Shown here: positions 1 to 37,195 of the stretch, piece after piece
Layout: each line of letters starts with the position of its first letter
How positions within the stretch are numbered: the stretch's first letter is position 1
DNA from: Macrostomum lignano
Taxonomy: Eukaryota
Assembly (NCBI GenBank): GCA_002269645.1
Contig: NIVC01001217.1
Coordinates: forward strand, 1-64,000
Reading direction: 5' to 3'
Length of the DNA: 64,000 nucleotides
Program-made: the position numbers and the translations under genes
Notes under the pieces: model-generated
The model's input: only the letters and a program-made list of their open reading frames with translations
The model's database searches: none
Told to the model about the DNA's origin: nothing

Positions 1-16368
<16,368 letters not shown>

Positions 16369-16499
16369 CTGGAGATTGGCGGCAAAATAATTGCACTCGA
16401 GATAATCAGGCTGGCTTGCCGTAAAGACTGTGGATTATTGGCTCACAAGGAACTGTTTGACAATGAATTATCATAATGGGGATTATCTGACAGAGACGG

Positions 16500-17160
16500 G
16501 TAATTATCGGACAGGGGATTATCGGACAGGGGATTATCGGACAGGGGATTATCGGACAGGGGACTATCGGACAGGGGATTATCGGACAGGGGACTATCGG
16601 ACAGGGGATTATCGGACAGGGGATTATCGGACAGGGGATTATCGGACAGGGGATTATCGGACAGGGGATTATCGGACAGGGGATTATCGGACAGGGGATT
16701 ATCGGACAGGGGATTATCGGACTGGGGATTATCGGACAGGGGATTATCGGACAGGGGATTATCGGACAGGGGATTATCGGACAGGGGATTATCGGACAGG
16801 GGATTATCGGACAGGGGATTATCGGACAGGAGACTATCGGACAGGGGATTATCGGACAGGGGATTATCGGACAGGGGACTATCGGACAGGGATTATCGGA
16901 CAGGGGACTATCGGACAGGGGATTATCGGACAGGGGATTATCGGACAGGGGATTATCGGACAGGGGATTATCGGACAGGGGATTATCGGACAGGGGATTA
17001 TCGGACAGGGGATTATCGGACAGGGGATTATCGGACAGGGGATTATCGGACAGGGGACTATCGGACAGGGGATTATCGGACAGGGGACTATCGGACAGGG
17101 GATTATCGGACAGGGGATTATCGGACAGGGGATTATCGGACAGGGGGTTATCAGACAGGG
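16500..17160. repeat. 15-bp minisatellite GGATTATCGGACAGG
   Basis: About 44 copies just upstream of the Nmdar2 start codon. Confidence 0.98.
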
Positions 17161-17433
17161 GATATCAAATTATCAGCGTAAGAGTTTTTGTTTCTCCCAT
17201 AGGCAGCATAAATCCGACGATACATTCGATTCATTCACCGCCAATTCATGGGCTGAATTTCGCATTCAGCCCATGGCGACAAAGAGCCGCTGATTAATAT
17301 GGCACCCAAAGGGCGGGAGGCGTATGTAAAAAACGCATTTTCTTCCTATTACATGAAGTAATCCCACACTGGGGAGCATGGATGGACTGTCTTGAGTCAG
17401 TTGTACACGGCTAGCATTATATATATATATTTA

Positions 17434-25910
<8,477 letters not shown>

Positions 25911-26087
25911 CTGATGCTAAATGTAAAAATGGATTGAATTCACAGCAAAGCATTATATAAGCTTCACGGCCTTGTAGCTCTGGAACCTGGGCACATCGCT
26001 GATTTGTCCGCTCTGAATAGGCTGGTGGCTGCTGATTGGCTGGCTTAACTTCTAGTCATTTTTAGTTATGGAAACTCATTTCAGTAT

Positions 26088-26855
26088 AGTCACTGAAGGA
26101 TTGGGGAGGAAGGTCACTGAAGGATTGGGGAGGAAGGTCACTGAAGGATTGGGGAGGAAGGTCACTGAAGGATTGGGGAGGAAGGTCACTGAAGGATTGG
26201 GGAGGAAGGTCACTGAAGGGTTGGGGAGGAAGGTCACTGAAGGATTGGGGAGGAAGGTCACTGAAGGATTGGGGAGGAAGTGATTGGGGAGGAAGGTCAC
26301 TGAAGGGTTGGGGAAGAAGGTCACTGAAGGATTGGGGAGGAAGGTCACTGAAGGATTGGGGAGGAAGGTCACTGAAGGATTGGGGAGGAAGGTCACCGAA
26401 GGATTGGGGAGGAAGGTCACTGAAGGATTGGGGAGGAAGGTCACTGAAGGATTGGGGAGGAAGGTCACTGAAGGATTGGGGAGGAAGGTCACTGAAGGAT
26501 TGGGGAGGAAGGTCACTGAAGGATTGGGGAGGAAGGTCACTGAAGGATTGGGGAGGAAGGTCACTAAGGATTGGGGAGGAAGGCCTCTGAAGGATTGGGG
26601 AGGAAGGTCACTGAAGGATTGGGGAGGAAGGTCACTGAAGGATTGGGGAGGAAGGTCACTGAAGGATTGGGGAGGAAGGTCACTGAAGGATTGGGGAGGA
26701 AGGTCACTGAAGGATTGGGGAGGAAGGTCACTGAAGGATTGGGGAGGAAGGGATTGGGGAGGAAGGCCACTGAAGGATTGTGGAGGAAGGTCACTGAAGG
26801 ATTGGGGAGGAAGGTCACTGAAGTATTGGGGAGGAAGGTCACTGAAGGATTGGGG
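26088..26855. repeat. 24-bp minisatellite GGTCACTGAAGGATTGGGGAGGAA
   Basis: About 32 copies. Confidence 0.98.
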
Positions 26856-27119
26856 AGGCAATTCACAGCGTTCCAGTGTGTACAAATCTATCCGAAGGGA
26901 AAATCGAGAGCTTCATTATATTAAGTATATATTGAGCCATGGTAAAGAAGCTTTCTATATAATACGATTCCAGACGCTTTTTGATAATTTTATACTTACG
27001 AATACTGTAGATGTGGATGTTTGAGAGCACACTATTGATGTCCTATACAGCCGTACTGCCTCATTACACTGTCAATCATCACTAAGCTTTATTTGGCACT
27101 GATTGCTTTCCAGTTTAGT

Positions 27120-28066
27120 GGGGGAGGGCCGGGTACTTTCGTACTGCGATCGTGACCGCCATGCGAGACCATCCTGCTGTACAGTGACTTCAATATCAGC
27201 GACGAAAGGGCCAACCTTGCTCATAGTATGGATTAAGAGGCAGTAAAATCAATATTGAATAAAATCCATTCAGACTGCAGAGTCCACGCTTGAATTTCAA
27301 CTTAGAATTAGTTGTATTGGGCTTGTTTACACCATTTTCTACTGTTATAAGTAGTATATACAGAACTCAATTTTTTAAACTGAATAATTTCACCGGTTTC
27401 AGCGTAAGCACGTAAAAATACAGAAACTGCAATAAGCCTTCATCAGGAAATGTGAATTTTATTGTCCTCAACGTCCTTTGAGCAGCAGTTCTTCTTTCTA
27501 ATAAAAATGAGGGAGCCAAAATGCTCCGGCTTTCCAAGAAAGTACCGCACCGAAGCCCCAGCTGGAATGGTGGCGAATGTTTCTGGGTTTGAGTCTGGTC
27601 TGTCGGCAGATGTCGCTTCCAGCTCCTTTTTCTGGACAGGTGAGCTTGGCCTTGCCTGAAATTTATTGAAAGAGCAGCTCAATGTACTGAAGAGATGTTA
27701 AAACTGGACCAGATGTTGCTCTAATTGGTCAATTATAAGGGACTCAACCCAACCAAAACTGACTCACGAGAGCAGAAGATGCCGTCTACGAGACGAGAGC
27801 CGGTCTCACACAGGTCGCACTCTGTCATGCCGGTCTCAAGCGCGAGAGCAAAGTTCAAGTCGCACTTTTTGCACTCTGTCGCTCCCAGAGTCCGAATAAG
27901 TTCCTGGCGGGCACTCGCTGCATTTCTCCTTGCCAACACCTTTGCTGGAGTTGATGAAGCTGCCAGGTTGGCAATTTGGTGGCTCAGCTCTGCCGGGAAG
28001 TCTGCCGCAGCTGGCGGCGGAAAGTATTGCGAACAGACAGAGTTTCGAAAAAGGATTTCTCTGTAC
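27120..28066 (-). pseudogene. Degenerate gene for a secreted or surface protein: Cys-rich ephrin-receptor-like (GCC2/GCC3) repeats + FTP/F5-8-like lectin-fold segment
   Basis: Exon about 28066-27768: KLCLFAILSAASCG (signal-like)..NCQPGSFI..KCSECPPGTYSD/LGATECKKC..TECDLCETG..FCS, donor C|GTGAGT, one frameshift. Exon from 27655: KAKLTCPEKGAG/..DSNPETFATIP..FLGKPEHFGSLIFIRKKNCCSKDVE, with further frameshifts and stops. The 5' end abuts a MITE at 28107. Confidence 0.55.
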
Positions 28067-28106
28067 CTAGTCAGTGAGGGGAACAGAGGTTGCCTTGCCC
28101 CACGGC

Positions 28107-30037
28107 CACAGATACTAGAATAATTAGATGAGCCACTGAGCACATTTGAATTTAAACTACTTTCAGTTCAGTAGTAAGTTAAACAGAAGCATTTTAATGT
28201 ATTTTTAAAGCTAAGGCTCATTTATTGGCTCTTACCCCCCCCCAAACTTCCTCCAACCCCGCCTTTCCACACTACCCCTTGCCCCGCCCCAATCCAACCG
28301 GGGGGTTTCACAAACTCGAAATTTCACAATCACAACGTCGAAAGCACCCTCCTTCATAAGGTCGAGGCTTCACAAGGTCGAAATTTCACAACATCGAAAA
28401 CTCGAAAAGCAGCCACTTTCACAAGGTCGAAATTTCACAAGGTCGAAAACTCAAATAGCAGCCACTTTCATAAGATCGAAATTTTACAATATAAAAACTG
28501 AGAATTTGGAAGATAAATTAATATGACAAATAAATTGGTAGATTGGTAGACAGTTATACAGTATATATGAATCGATAGACAGGCTGTAATAATCATTTTG
28601 GCTAAAAAAACTTATTTGTCTATATACCTACGCTCGTAACAGTGTCTTCTGAGGTAGTTGCTTTAACGGTTGCCTTCAGTTGATTGAAAATATAAAACAT
28701 GCCAAAAATTTTCTCTTGTTTTTAGTTTCTGGATATTGTGCTGATTTTCGTCTTAAGCCTTAATTGATTGAACCCTAAACGTTTAATTATGTTATAAAAA
28801 TACTATATATAAAAATAGATGTAATTACATGCAAGAAAACGCATGCTAGCTCGTATATACATGTACATGTTTTTACTACAGCTAGGATATTGTAATACGG
28901 CGAGTTGTTTGTAGTTTTTTACATAACAGGGAGCAGCTCCTACATATAGGTACATGGAACAAACCACCTTACTCTCCTTTACTTATTAAGCGAATACAGA
29001 TACAAAACGTATATTGTGTCAACAGTAAGTCAAGCGAAATTCCCTGCCGGTCAAATCCAAATTAAAGTCGGAAACCCAAATTTAAAGTTATCGATATTTG
29101 TACGAGTATTTTATATATAGACTTGAAAGAATTTATGATTTACATTTCCAGTATTGGAGAGGAGGCTAATATGCTTCAAAGTGTCAATAGCTTGGAGTTG
29201 TATTTCAATTTCGTAATGTATTTGAAATACCTGCTACAGTAGACACTGTTTATGAGAAAACAGCACTGCTCTTGTCATAGGGAGTATAGTGAGTTCTGTA
29301 AGAGTTTTCTATGTGAAATTTCAACCCTTTTGAAAGTGGTTGCTATTCGAATTATTTATGTGAAATTTCGACCTTATAAAGTACCTTGCTAGCGTTTTCG
29401 ATGCTTTGAAATTTCGACCTTGTGAAAGTGGCTGCTATTTGAGTTTCGATGTTGTGAAATTTCGACCTTGTGAAATTTCGACCTTATGAAGTCCTTTGCT
29501 AAAGCTTTCGATGTTGTGAAATTTCGACCTTGTGAAGTTTCGACCTTGTGAAAGTGGCTGCTATTTGAGTTTTCGATGTTATGAAATTTCGACCTTTTGA
29601 AATTTCGACCTTGTGAAAGAAGGTGCTTTCGACGTTGTGAAATTTCGAGTTTGTGAAACCCCCCCCCCTATTTGAGTTTGGATGTTATGAAATTTCGACC
29701 TTGTGAAATTTCGACCTTATGAAGTCTCTTGCTAGAGTTTTCGATGTTGTGAAATTTCGACTCTGTGAAAGCATCCCATCCAACCCCTCCTTTCTCTTAA
29801 TTCCAGCCTAAAAGCTGCCATGTACATTCAGTGGACTGGCTATTGCTGAACCTAATTAGCAAGTTGTTTACGCCTGCAAGCTTGAGCTTCTAAACTCATT
29901 TCATTTCAGCTGCCTTTATTCTTATACAATATAGCTTATGCATTCTTCCTTCAACTGAACTGAAAGTAGAAAGCTGTTTTACTAAGTATACGAGTCAGTA
30001 TGCCTGAGTGGCCCATCCAGTCATTCTAGAATCTGTG
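28107..30037. mobile_element. CACAG-terminated MITE, copy 1 (interrupted by a foldback insert)
   Basis: TIRs CACAGATACTAGAATAATTAGATGAGCCACTGAG and the reverse complement of CTGAGTGGCCCATCCAGTCATTCTAGAATCTGTG; the body matches the uninterrupted copy at 43763-44223. Confidence 0.85.
28300..29777. mobile_element. Foldback-like DNA element with long modular inverted arms
   Basis: Left arm GGGGTTTCACAAACTCGAAATTTCACAA..; inverted modules TTTCGACCTTGTGAAA at 29320-29777; 8-bp TSD ATCCAACC at 28292-28299 and 29778-29785. Confidence 0.88.
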
Positions 30038-30167
30038 CCTTGCCCTGGCCGGATAATGCATGCATCCTCAGACTTTTCAGAGAACACACTTTATTAAATA
30101 TGCTTTATAAAATTGTTTTTTTTAGTTCACTGTGTGGAATTCATTACAGATATTGATACAATGAATC

Positions 30168-30340
30168 GGGGAACATCACAAACCCGAAAAATCAAAATTC
30201 CGAAATCCGAAGAGCGCTTTCCTTCATAAACTCGAAAAATCACAAACTCGAAATATCAAAATTCCCAAAGTTCTATAGCAATGTCCGACGCTATTTTTGT
30301 TTTCGGAGTTATGATATTTCGGGTTTATGATGGCGACCCC
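30168..30340. mobile_element. Small GGG-terminated MITE related to the foldback element
   Basis: Ends GGGGAACATCACAAACCCGAAA and (reverse complement) GGGGTCGCCATCATAAACCCGAAA; no exact TSD seen. Confidence 0.6.
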
Positions 30341-31135
30341 GATGACGCATGTATACCGGCAAAATGATTACATTGAGTAGCTAAGGTGACTAAAGATAAG
30401 TAACAAAGTTTCAGTTTAATTGTATTTTCAATTGGCCATAAAATTTATCGATTAAATTAAGAAAGCTCACTGCAAGTCCTTAAAAAGCAATAAAAGGCCT
30501 TCACCCAGGCCAAATGGGCAGGCACTACATATCATGGTTATCTAAACTCCGTGGCAGGGGTTTGGGGTTTGAGGTGGAGGGGGTTAGCGAGGCCCCTAGG
30601 GGGGTTGTTGTCTCTCTCAGTGGCCCACCCCATCTACACCCCCGGCCTTGTCCAATCCTTGCAAAGGACCACGGGCGCCAGAGGCGTACTGAACTGGCTC
30701 GTATAAAACCGGCTAACTTTAATTTTGACCCCGCCTTTACACATCTTCGTTTCTCCGTTTTCAAATAGGCCGGCCCTAAGCTGTGGAGCCAAACTAAAAG
30801 TACTGAGAAAAGTGAAGAAACGTAAAAACAGGAGTTGAAAAGCAATTAGTCATTTGGCCGCCCCGAATAAGCATGGCTTCAACCAATAGAATGTGTAAGT
30901 TTTTTATTTTCTTCATATTTCTACTTAATTTAGAATTGTCCATCTTTAGTTATTGGGACAGGCTGAGGAACTCTAGAAGTCTGGTTATTAATTAGTCTGC
31001 TTTGGAAAGCGTTTTAACTACCAATTTGAAACTAGTTAATAAGCAAATGTTATTGCTGCTTATAACTGAGTGTACCCAAGATTTTCCATTGGGGGGGAGG
31101 TGCGCGCTGTCGGAAAGGGGCGGCAGGGGGCGCTG

Positions 31136-34100
31136 ATGGACCACCGCCGCACCGCACCACAGGTCCACAGCCAAAGACCTCCGTCACCCTTCGGCCCCCC
31201 GTCGTACACTCAGCAACATCAACATGTTACTGGTCTCTGGTTTCTGGGTTTTTTTAACATGTTGCTGGCTGTACATAGAAACTTTACACCAATTGATTTT
31301 TGAGAGCTGTTTATGCGGCAAAATACATGAGAAAATCCACAGATACTACACTTAGCAACAGCTAAACATCTCCATCCCTGGCGTGGCGCGGCTCAGAGGA
31401 GTTGCGTAACAATAACAGACACCTCTCGCCTCTAGCAGGTGGCAGTAAAAATGCTATGAATGTGGCTGTCAGTGCGGCACTCAAGCATGTGAATTGCCCG
31501 CCTATAGACTCGGCCAGAGAAGAGGAGAGTAGAGATGAAATAGGAGAAAAGAGAGAAGAGAGATAAAGAGGTAGAGGGGAGAGAGGAGAGGAGAGAGGTG
31601 TAATAATGTACATGCAACTGTGCATATGGTACTCGCAGACTAATGTAATTATTATTCTAAAACCTGTGCACAGAGTCTAAAGCAATAGAGGCCAATTCCT
31701 CATTGTTTCCGATCACAGTGCTATAGGTTGCCAGACGGGAGTCAAATCATTGTTCATTTGAACTCTAACTCTCCCTCTATCTCAAACCCAGCTAAGTCAG
31801 GGGGTCTCGGTCTCGACCTTGTGCAGATCAGAAGCCGGATGCGAAAGACCTTAGCACTATCAGGACACCCTTTAGATGCCCAGCATTGGGTTGGTGGCAG
31901 AACTACATGTAATTTAAGCAGTCCCTGCCTTCAAAACTCCTTGGCCGTAGTTGGGATTAGAACAGTGGGACCTTGCTATCGGACCACAACCCAAGCCAAG
32001 CTACCAGTTCTCCATCTAGGGCGGGTGCCTCTGGGAGGGTGATGTCTGATCCCCTACACCCTGGCCCTGGGTATCAGTACCTCGGGCCATAGCTCTGTAA
32101 GCTCATTCCCCAGGTTACATCACAATCAAGTGTGATTTTCCTGAGCTGATACTGGCAATCTGGCCAGCCCGTACACCAGCCCGTACATCACACTCCAATT
32201 CAGAGCTCACTGTCAGCAGGGGCGTAGCCAAGGGGGGGGGGGTCATGGGGGTCATGAACCCCCCCAGCCGGCTGATCCAGGCCAAATTTTCAGGCCGCCT
32301 CCCCCGTCGCAGATGCCTAGCTCCCCCTGCCCCCGGTTGCCGCTGTGAGCCTGTGACTGACTGTGACCCCCCCCCCTCCAGAAGGAAATCCTGGCTACGC
32401 CACTGACTGTCAGTTTCTTGTTTGCAAAATATTTTGTTCTGTTCTGCTTTCTTATTGAAAGCCCTTTAAAGTCAGATTAGATTGCTTCGTAAACCGAAAT
32501 TGCACCAACATAGATTAGAAACTTTTTTTAATCCCGGGATCCCGGCCCGATTTGTCGGAATCCCGGGATTGGCAAAGTCGAGGATATCCCGATCCCAAGA
32601 ATCCCGGGATTTTCAAAGTCCGGGATATCCCGATCCCGAGAATCCCGGTATTTTCAGAAGTCCGGAATATCCCGATCCCGAGAATCCCGGGATTTTCAAA
32701 GTCCGGAATATCCCAATCCCGAGAATCCCGGGATTTTCAGAAGTCCGGAATATCCCGATCCCGAGAATCCCAGGATTGGCAAAACTCGGGATTTTGTATT
32801 CCCTACTAGACATCGATTCCCTTGACTTCCTTGAATTTCCTTTCCTTCTCAAAGTCATGGGTGGGAAGGGGAGTGGGAATATGAAGAATCATACAGAACG
32901 AATCACCCGTAAGCAGTTTAATTATGGAGAAATGAGAAAATAAAAGTCTCTAAAAACCTTTGGCATGATTGGCACGGCTCTATCTCTATTGGGGTAGGCC
33001 TAATCTATAGCTCAGCTAATGAGAGAGCAGTAAGGAATAACCGATCAATAGTATACTTTTAAGTATGTCAATTTAATTGGGCAGTTACCGTATTTTTTAA
33101 ATACTTCTCTTTCGTATGTCTTTGAACTTTTTAATAAATTATTCAGCAATTTTATTTTTCCATTTTATACCAATTTTTATCATTTATAAAAAAAGCTAAA
33201 AAGCTACTTTTGCTACTGAAAAGAGTAGATAAGAAGCGCATTTTATCTCTAAGACCTATCAGATAATACCTGCCTTGTATAGCTAGCTAGAACTCCTTAA
33301 ACTTGCCTAATCCTACGCAGATGCTCCCAGCAGTAGTCTCGTGAAGATGTCGCCCACCGCTGCAGCCGCCGCTGTTGCTGCGAGAAGGCCGCTGCGAGCT
33401 GACCATCAACTGGGCCGGCTGGCAGCTTCCACTTTGACATCCTGCAGCACCACCTCGCCTGCAGTTTCTGCTGCTTCTGTTGCAGCATCCGCTTTTTCCA
33501 ATTCGCAGCTCAATCGTCCGGTACGAGCCGTTGGCATCGTCACAAATCCCCGGATTAGGAGGCGGCTGGGCAAAACCGCTGTGAGTTGCTTAGTCCAGGG
33601 AATGTTTATATAGAAATGACTGCTCCAGTCTTGCCCCTTGTCACTCTCCAATCCCTGTGTCACTCTGATTCTAGTGTCAGTCCAGTCCCAGTGTCACTCG
33701 AAATCTAGTGTCACTCTAAATCTAGTGTCACTCTAAATCTAGTGTCACTCTAAATCTAGTGTCACTCTAAATCTAGTGTCACTCTAAATCTAGTGTCACT
33801 CTAAATCTAGTGTCACTCTAAATCTAGTGTCACTCTAAATCTAGTGTCACTCTAAATCTAGTGTCACTCTAAATCTAGTGTCACTCTAAATCTAGTGTCA
33901 CTCTAAATCTAGTGTCACTCTAAATCTAGTGTCACTCTAAATCTAGTGTCACTCTAAATCTAGTGTCACTCTAAATCTAGTGTCACTCTAAATCTAGTGT
34001 CACTCTAAATCTAGTGTCACTCTAAATCTAGTGTCACTCTAAATCTAGTGTCACTCTAAATCTAGTGTCACTCTAAATCTAGTGTCACTCAAATTCTAGT

Positions 34101-36052
34101 GTCACTCCAATTCTAGTGTCACTCCAATCCTTGTGTCACTCCGATCCTTGTGTCACTCCGAACCCTATAGTGTCACTCCGATCCTTGTGTCACTCCGAAC
34201 CCTATAGTGTCACTCCAATCCTTGTGTCACTCCGATCCTTGTGTCACTCCGAACCCTATAGTGTCACTCCAATCCTTGTGTCACTCCGATCCTTGTGTCA
34301 CTCCGAACCCTATAGTGTCACTCCTATTCTAGTGTCACTCTAACTCTAGTGTCGCTTCCGCAATTGTCATTCCCATCTCAGCGTCATTCTCAAGGTGTCA
34401 CTGACACTCTCAACCTAAGTTAGTGAGTGTCACTTCGGTCTCGATGTCGCTCCATCATAGCTTCCAGCTTCGCCGACCCTGAAGCATAACAATCTCTCTC
34501 GTACCAGGTTGTCGCATCGTCGCCGCATTCAACAACTGGCTCGCAGACCAGTCCGACTTCAAGCCCGCCACCTGAGCAGCAGCAGCCCCAGCCCCATTTA
34601 CGCCGTGTGTGGCGAACGCCAACCAAATGGGCCTGCAGGAAATTTGTTCGCATCTTTCGCAGTCTCAGCGCCTCCAGTTTTTCTAACGCCGCCGCCACCT
34701 CTGACCAACGCAATCTGGCCAACGCCGACGATTTGCCTACGCCGAAAGACTGTCGCCTTCGGCACTGTCGCCATCGTCAGGCTTCGCTGCAGCGTCTTGG
34801 TCAGCTGCCCGTGCAGGCGGCGGCGCCCCCGGACGCTTCCGGCTTGTCGAGCTGCGGCGGCCGGGTGCTGCACCACCATCCGGACGGCTCTCGGACGGTG
34901 CTTCTGTGCCGGCCACCGAACGGCAGATTCGGATTCTTTTTGGCTAAGAAAACTGGAGGTGAAGCGTGCTGTGTCTGCTTTGTATTGGTGCTAAAATTGC
35001 TGCACCTCTATTCAGAAACTTCTGTTCAAATCGAACAAACTAGCAATCCAGTGCTCCCCCCCCATTTGGGGCGGCCAATAAGAAATTGGAACGAAAATTA
35101 TTTGTGAATTCTATTTGCCTTGATATCTCAGCAATTCCCCTCAAGCCTTGACATCTCAGCAATTCCCCTCAAGCCTTGACATCTCAGCAATTCCCCTCAA
35201 GCCTTGACATCTCAGCAATTCCCCTCAAGCCTTGACATCTCAGCAATTCCCCTCAAGCCTTGACATCTCAGCAATTCCCCTCAAGCCTTGACATCTCAGC
35301 AATTCCCCTCAAGCCTTGACATCTCAGCAATTCCCCTCAAGCCTTGACATCTCAGCAATTCCCCCCAAGCCTTGACATCTCAGCAATTCCCCTCAAGCCT
35401 TGACATCTCAGCAACTCCCCCCAAGCCTTGACATCTCAGCAACTCCCCTCAAGCCTTGACATCTCAGCAATTCCCCCCAAGCCTTGACATCTCAGCAATT
35501 CCCCCCAAGCCTTGACATCTCAGCAACTCCCCCCAAGCCTTGACATCTCAGCAACTCCCCTCAAGCCTTGACATCTCAGCAATTCCCCCCAAGCCTTGAC
35601 ATCTCAGCAATTCCCCCCAAGCCTTGACATCTCAGCAATTCCCCCCAAGCCTTGACATCTCAGCAATTCCCCTCAAGCCTTGACATCTCAGCAATTCCCC
35701 TCAAATTATCTCCAACTGCAACAGTCACAGTTCCCAAAATAATTTAGCTATATTTGTGCACTGGGAACCAAAGTTTTAGCTTTTTTATAGCTCGTAATTA
35801 AAATTGTAGAAATTAAGCTTTAAAACTTCAATGATCGGCTACGCCACCTGCCACTGTTTGCCTCTCTTGCCCGCAGGCACAGTTTACGTGTCTCGGTTCG
35901 CCGACTCCGGCCTGGAGTCCTGGTACAGCGGCCTGCTGAGCGTTGGCGACACAGTCGAATCCATCGCCGGCCTCCGCCCGGACAGCGTTTCATTTGAAGC
36001 CGTCGGAGCTCGCATCGGCGGCAGGACCGTTGTGCAGGTGAAAGTCAAATGA
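31136..36052 (+). CDS. PDZ-domain protein (Par-6/KIAA1614-like PDZ at the C-terminus, low-complexity N-terminus)
   Basis: Phase-compatible exons: 31136-31232 (tentative, weak donor), 33321-33580, 34508-34958, 35877-36052; 327 aa in total. PDZ: RTVLLCRPPNGRFGFFLAKKTGGTVYVSRFADSGLESWYSGLLSVGDTVESIAG. Confidence 0.68.
31338..31668. mobile_element. Diverged CACAG-terminated element
   Basis: Left end CACAGATACTAC; right end TTATTCTAAAACCTGTG. Confidence 0.45.
32217..32405. mobile_element. hAT-type MITE
   Basis: TIRs CAGGGGCGTAGCCA and TGGCTACGCCACTG; 8-bp TSD ACTGTCAG at 32209-32216 and 32406-32413. Confidence 0.9.
32530..32805. mobile_element. MITE-like element built of AATCCCGGGAT modules
   Basis: Palindromic modules with about 36-bp periodicity; right end reads TAGGGAATAC on the minus strand (hAT-like); left end not resolved. 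Confidence 0.5.
33700..34350. repeat. 17-bp minisatellite GTGTCACTCTAAATCTA grading into 17/20-bp variants
   Basis: Directly visible in a PDZ-gene intron. Confidence 0.97.
35125..35705. repeat. 28-bp minisatellite GACATCTCAGCAATTCCCCTCAAGCCTT
   Basis: About 20 copies in a PDZ-gene intron. Confidence 0.97.
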
Positions 36053-36239
36053 CACTTTGCACTCTAGACAAAATTAACAGCAGTTTTGTCTGCATTTTTG
36101 TTTTTGGTATCCGTTCTGGTTTCATTTTCCTACACTTGGTTTGTGCGTTTGTTTTGAGTTACATTTGTAGACTCCTCACGCTCCATTCACGTCTGCTATC
36201 TCAGTGTATACTGGCGCTTGTCTGTGTCAAATCTCTCTC

Positions 36240-37078
36240 CATGTCATTTTCACCTCGTGTCTTTAACCTCACTCTCCATTTCTCCTCGTGTCTTTAACCT
36301 CACTCTCTCCATTTCACCCCGTGTCTTTAACCTCACTCTCTCCATTTCTCCTCGTGTCTTTAACCTCACTCTCCATTTCACCCCGTGTCTTTAACCTCAC
36401 TCTCTCCATTTCACCCCGTGTCTTTAACCTCACTCTCTCCATTTCTCCTCGTGTCTTTAACCTCACTCTCCATTTCTCCTCGTGTCTTTAACCTCACTCT
36501 CTCCATTTCACCCCGTGTCTTTAACCTCACTCTCCATTTCTCCTCGTGTCTTTAACCTCACTCTCTCCATTTCTCCTCGTGTCTTTAACCTCACTCTCTC
36601 CATTTCTCCTCGTGTCTTTAACCTCACTCTCTCCATTTCACCCCGTGTCTTTAACCTCACTCTCCATTTCTCCTCGTGTCTTTAACCTCACTCTCTCCAT
36701 TTCTCCTCGTGTCTTTAACCTCACTCTCTCCATTTCTCCTCGTGTCTTTAACCTCACTCTCTCCATTTCACCCCGTGTCTTTAACCTCACTCTCTCCATT
36801 TCTCCTCGTGTCTTTAACCTCACTCTCTCCATTTCACCTCGTGTCTTTAACCTCACTCTCTCCATTTCTCCTCGTGTCTTTAACCTCACTCTCTCCATTT
36901 CACCCCGTGTCTTTAACCTCACTCTCTCCATTTCTCCTCGTGTCTTTAACCTCACTCTCTCCATTTCACCCCGTGTCTTTAACCTCACTCTCTCCATTTC
37001 ACCCCGTGTCTTTAACCTCACTCTCTCCATTTCACCCCGTGTCTTTAACCTCACTCTCTCCATTTCACCTCGTGTCTT
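36240..37078. repeat. 31/33-bp minisatellite CCTCGTGTCTTTAACCTCACTCTCTCCATTTCT
   Basis: About 25 copies downstream of the PDZ stop codon. Confidence 0.97.
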
Positions 37079-37195
37079 GGGTTGCTTTCACAAGCTCGAA
37101 AACCATTTTAGCAGCCACTTTCACAAACCCGAAACTTCATAAGCTCTTTTTCGAGGTTTTCGAGCTTGTGCATTTCCAGCTTGTGAAGCGACCCC
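37079..37195. mobile_element. Small GGG-terminated MITE (foldback-related)
   Basis: Ends GGGTTGCTTTCACAAGCTCGAAA and (reverse complement) GGGGTCGCTTCACAAGCTGGAAA; shares GCAGCCACTTTCACAA with the 28.3-kb element. Confidence 0.65.

Noticed and set aside
26068-27024. GLGRKVTE / FLPNPSVT ORFs
   Set aside because: 24-bp tandem repeat
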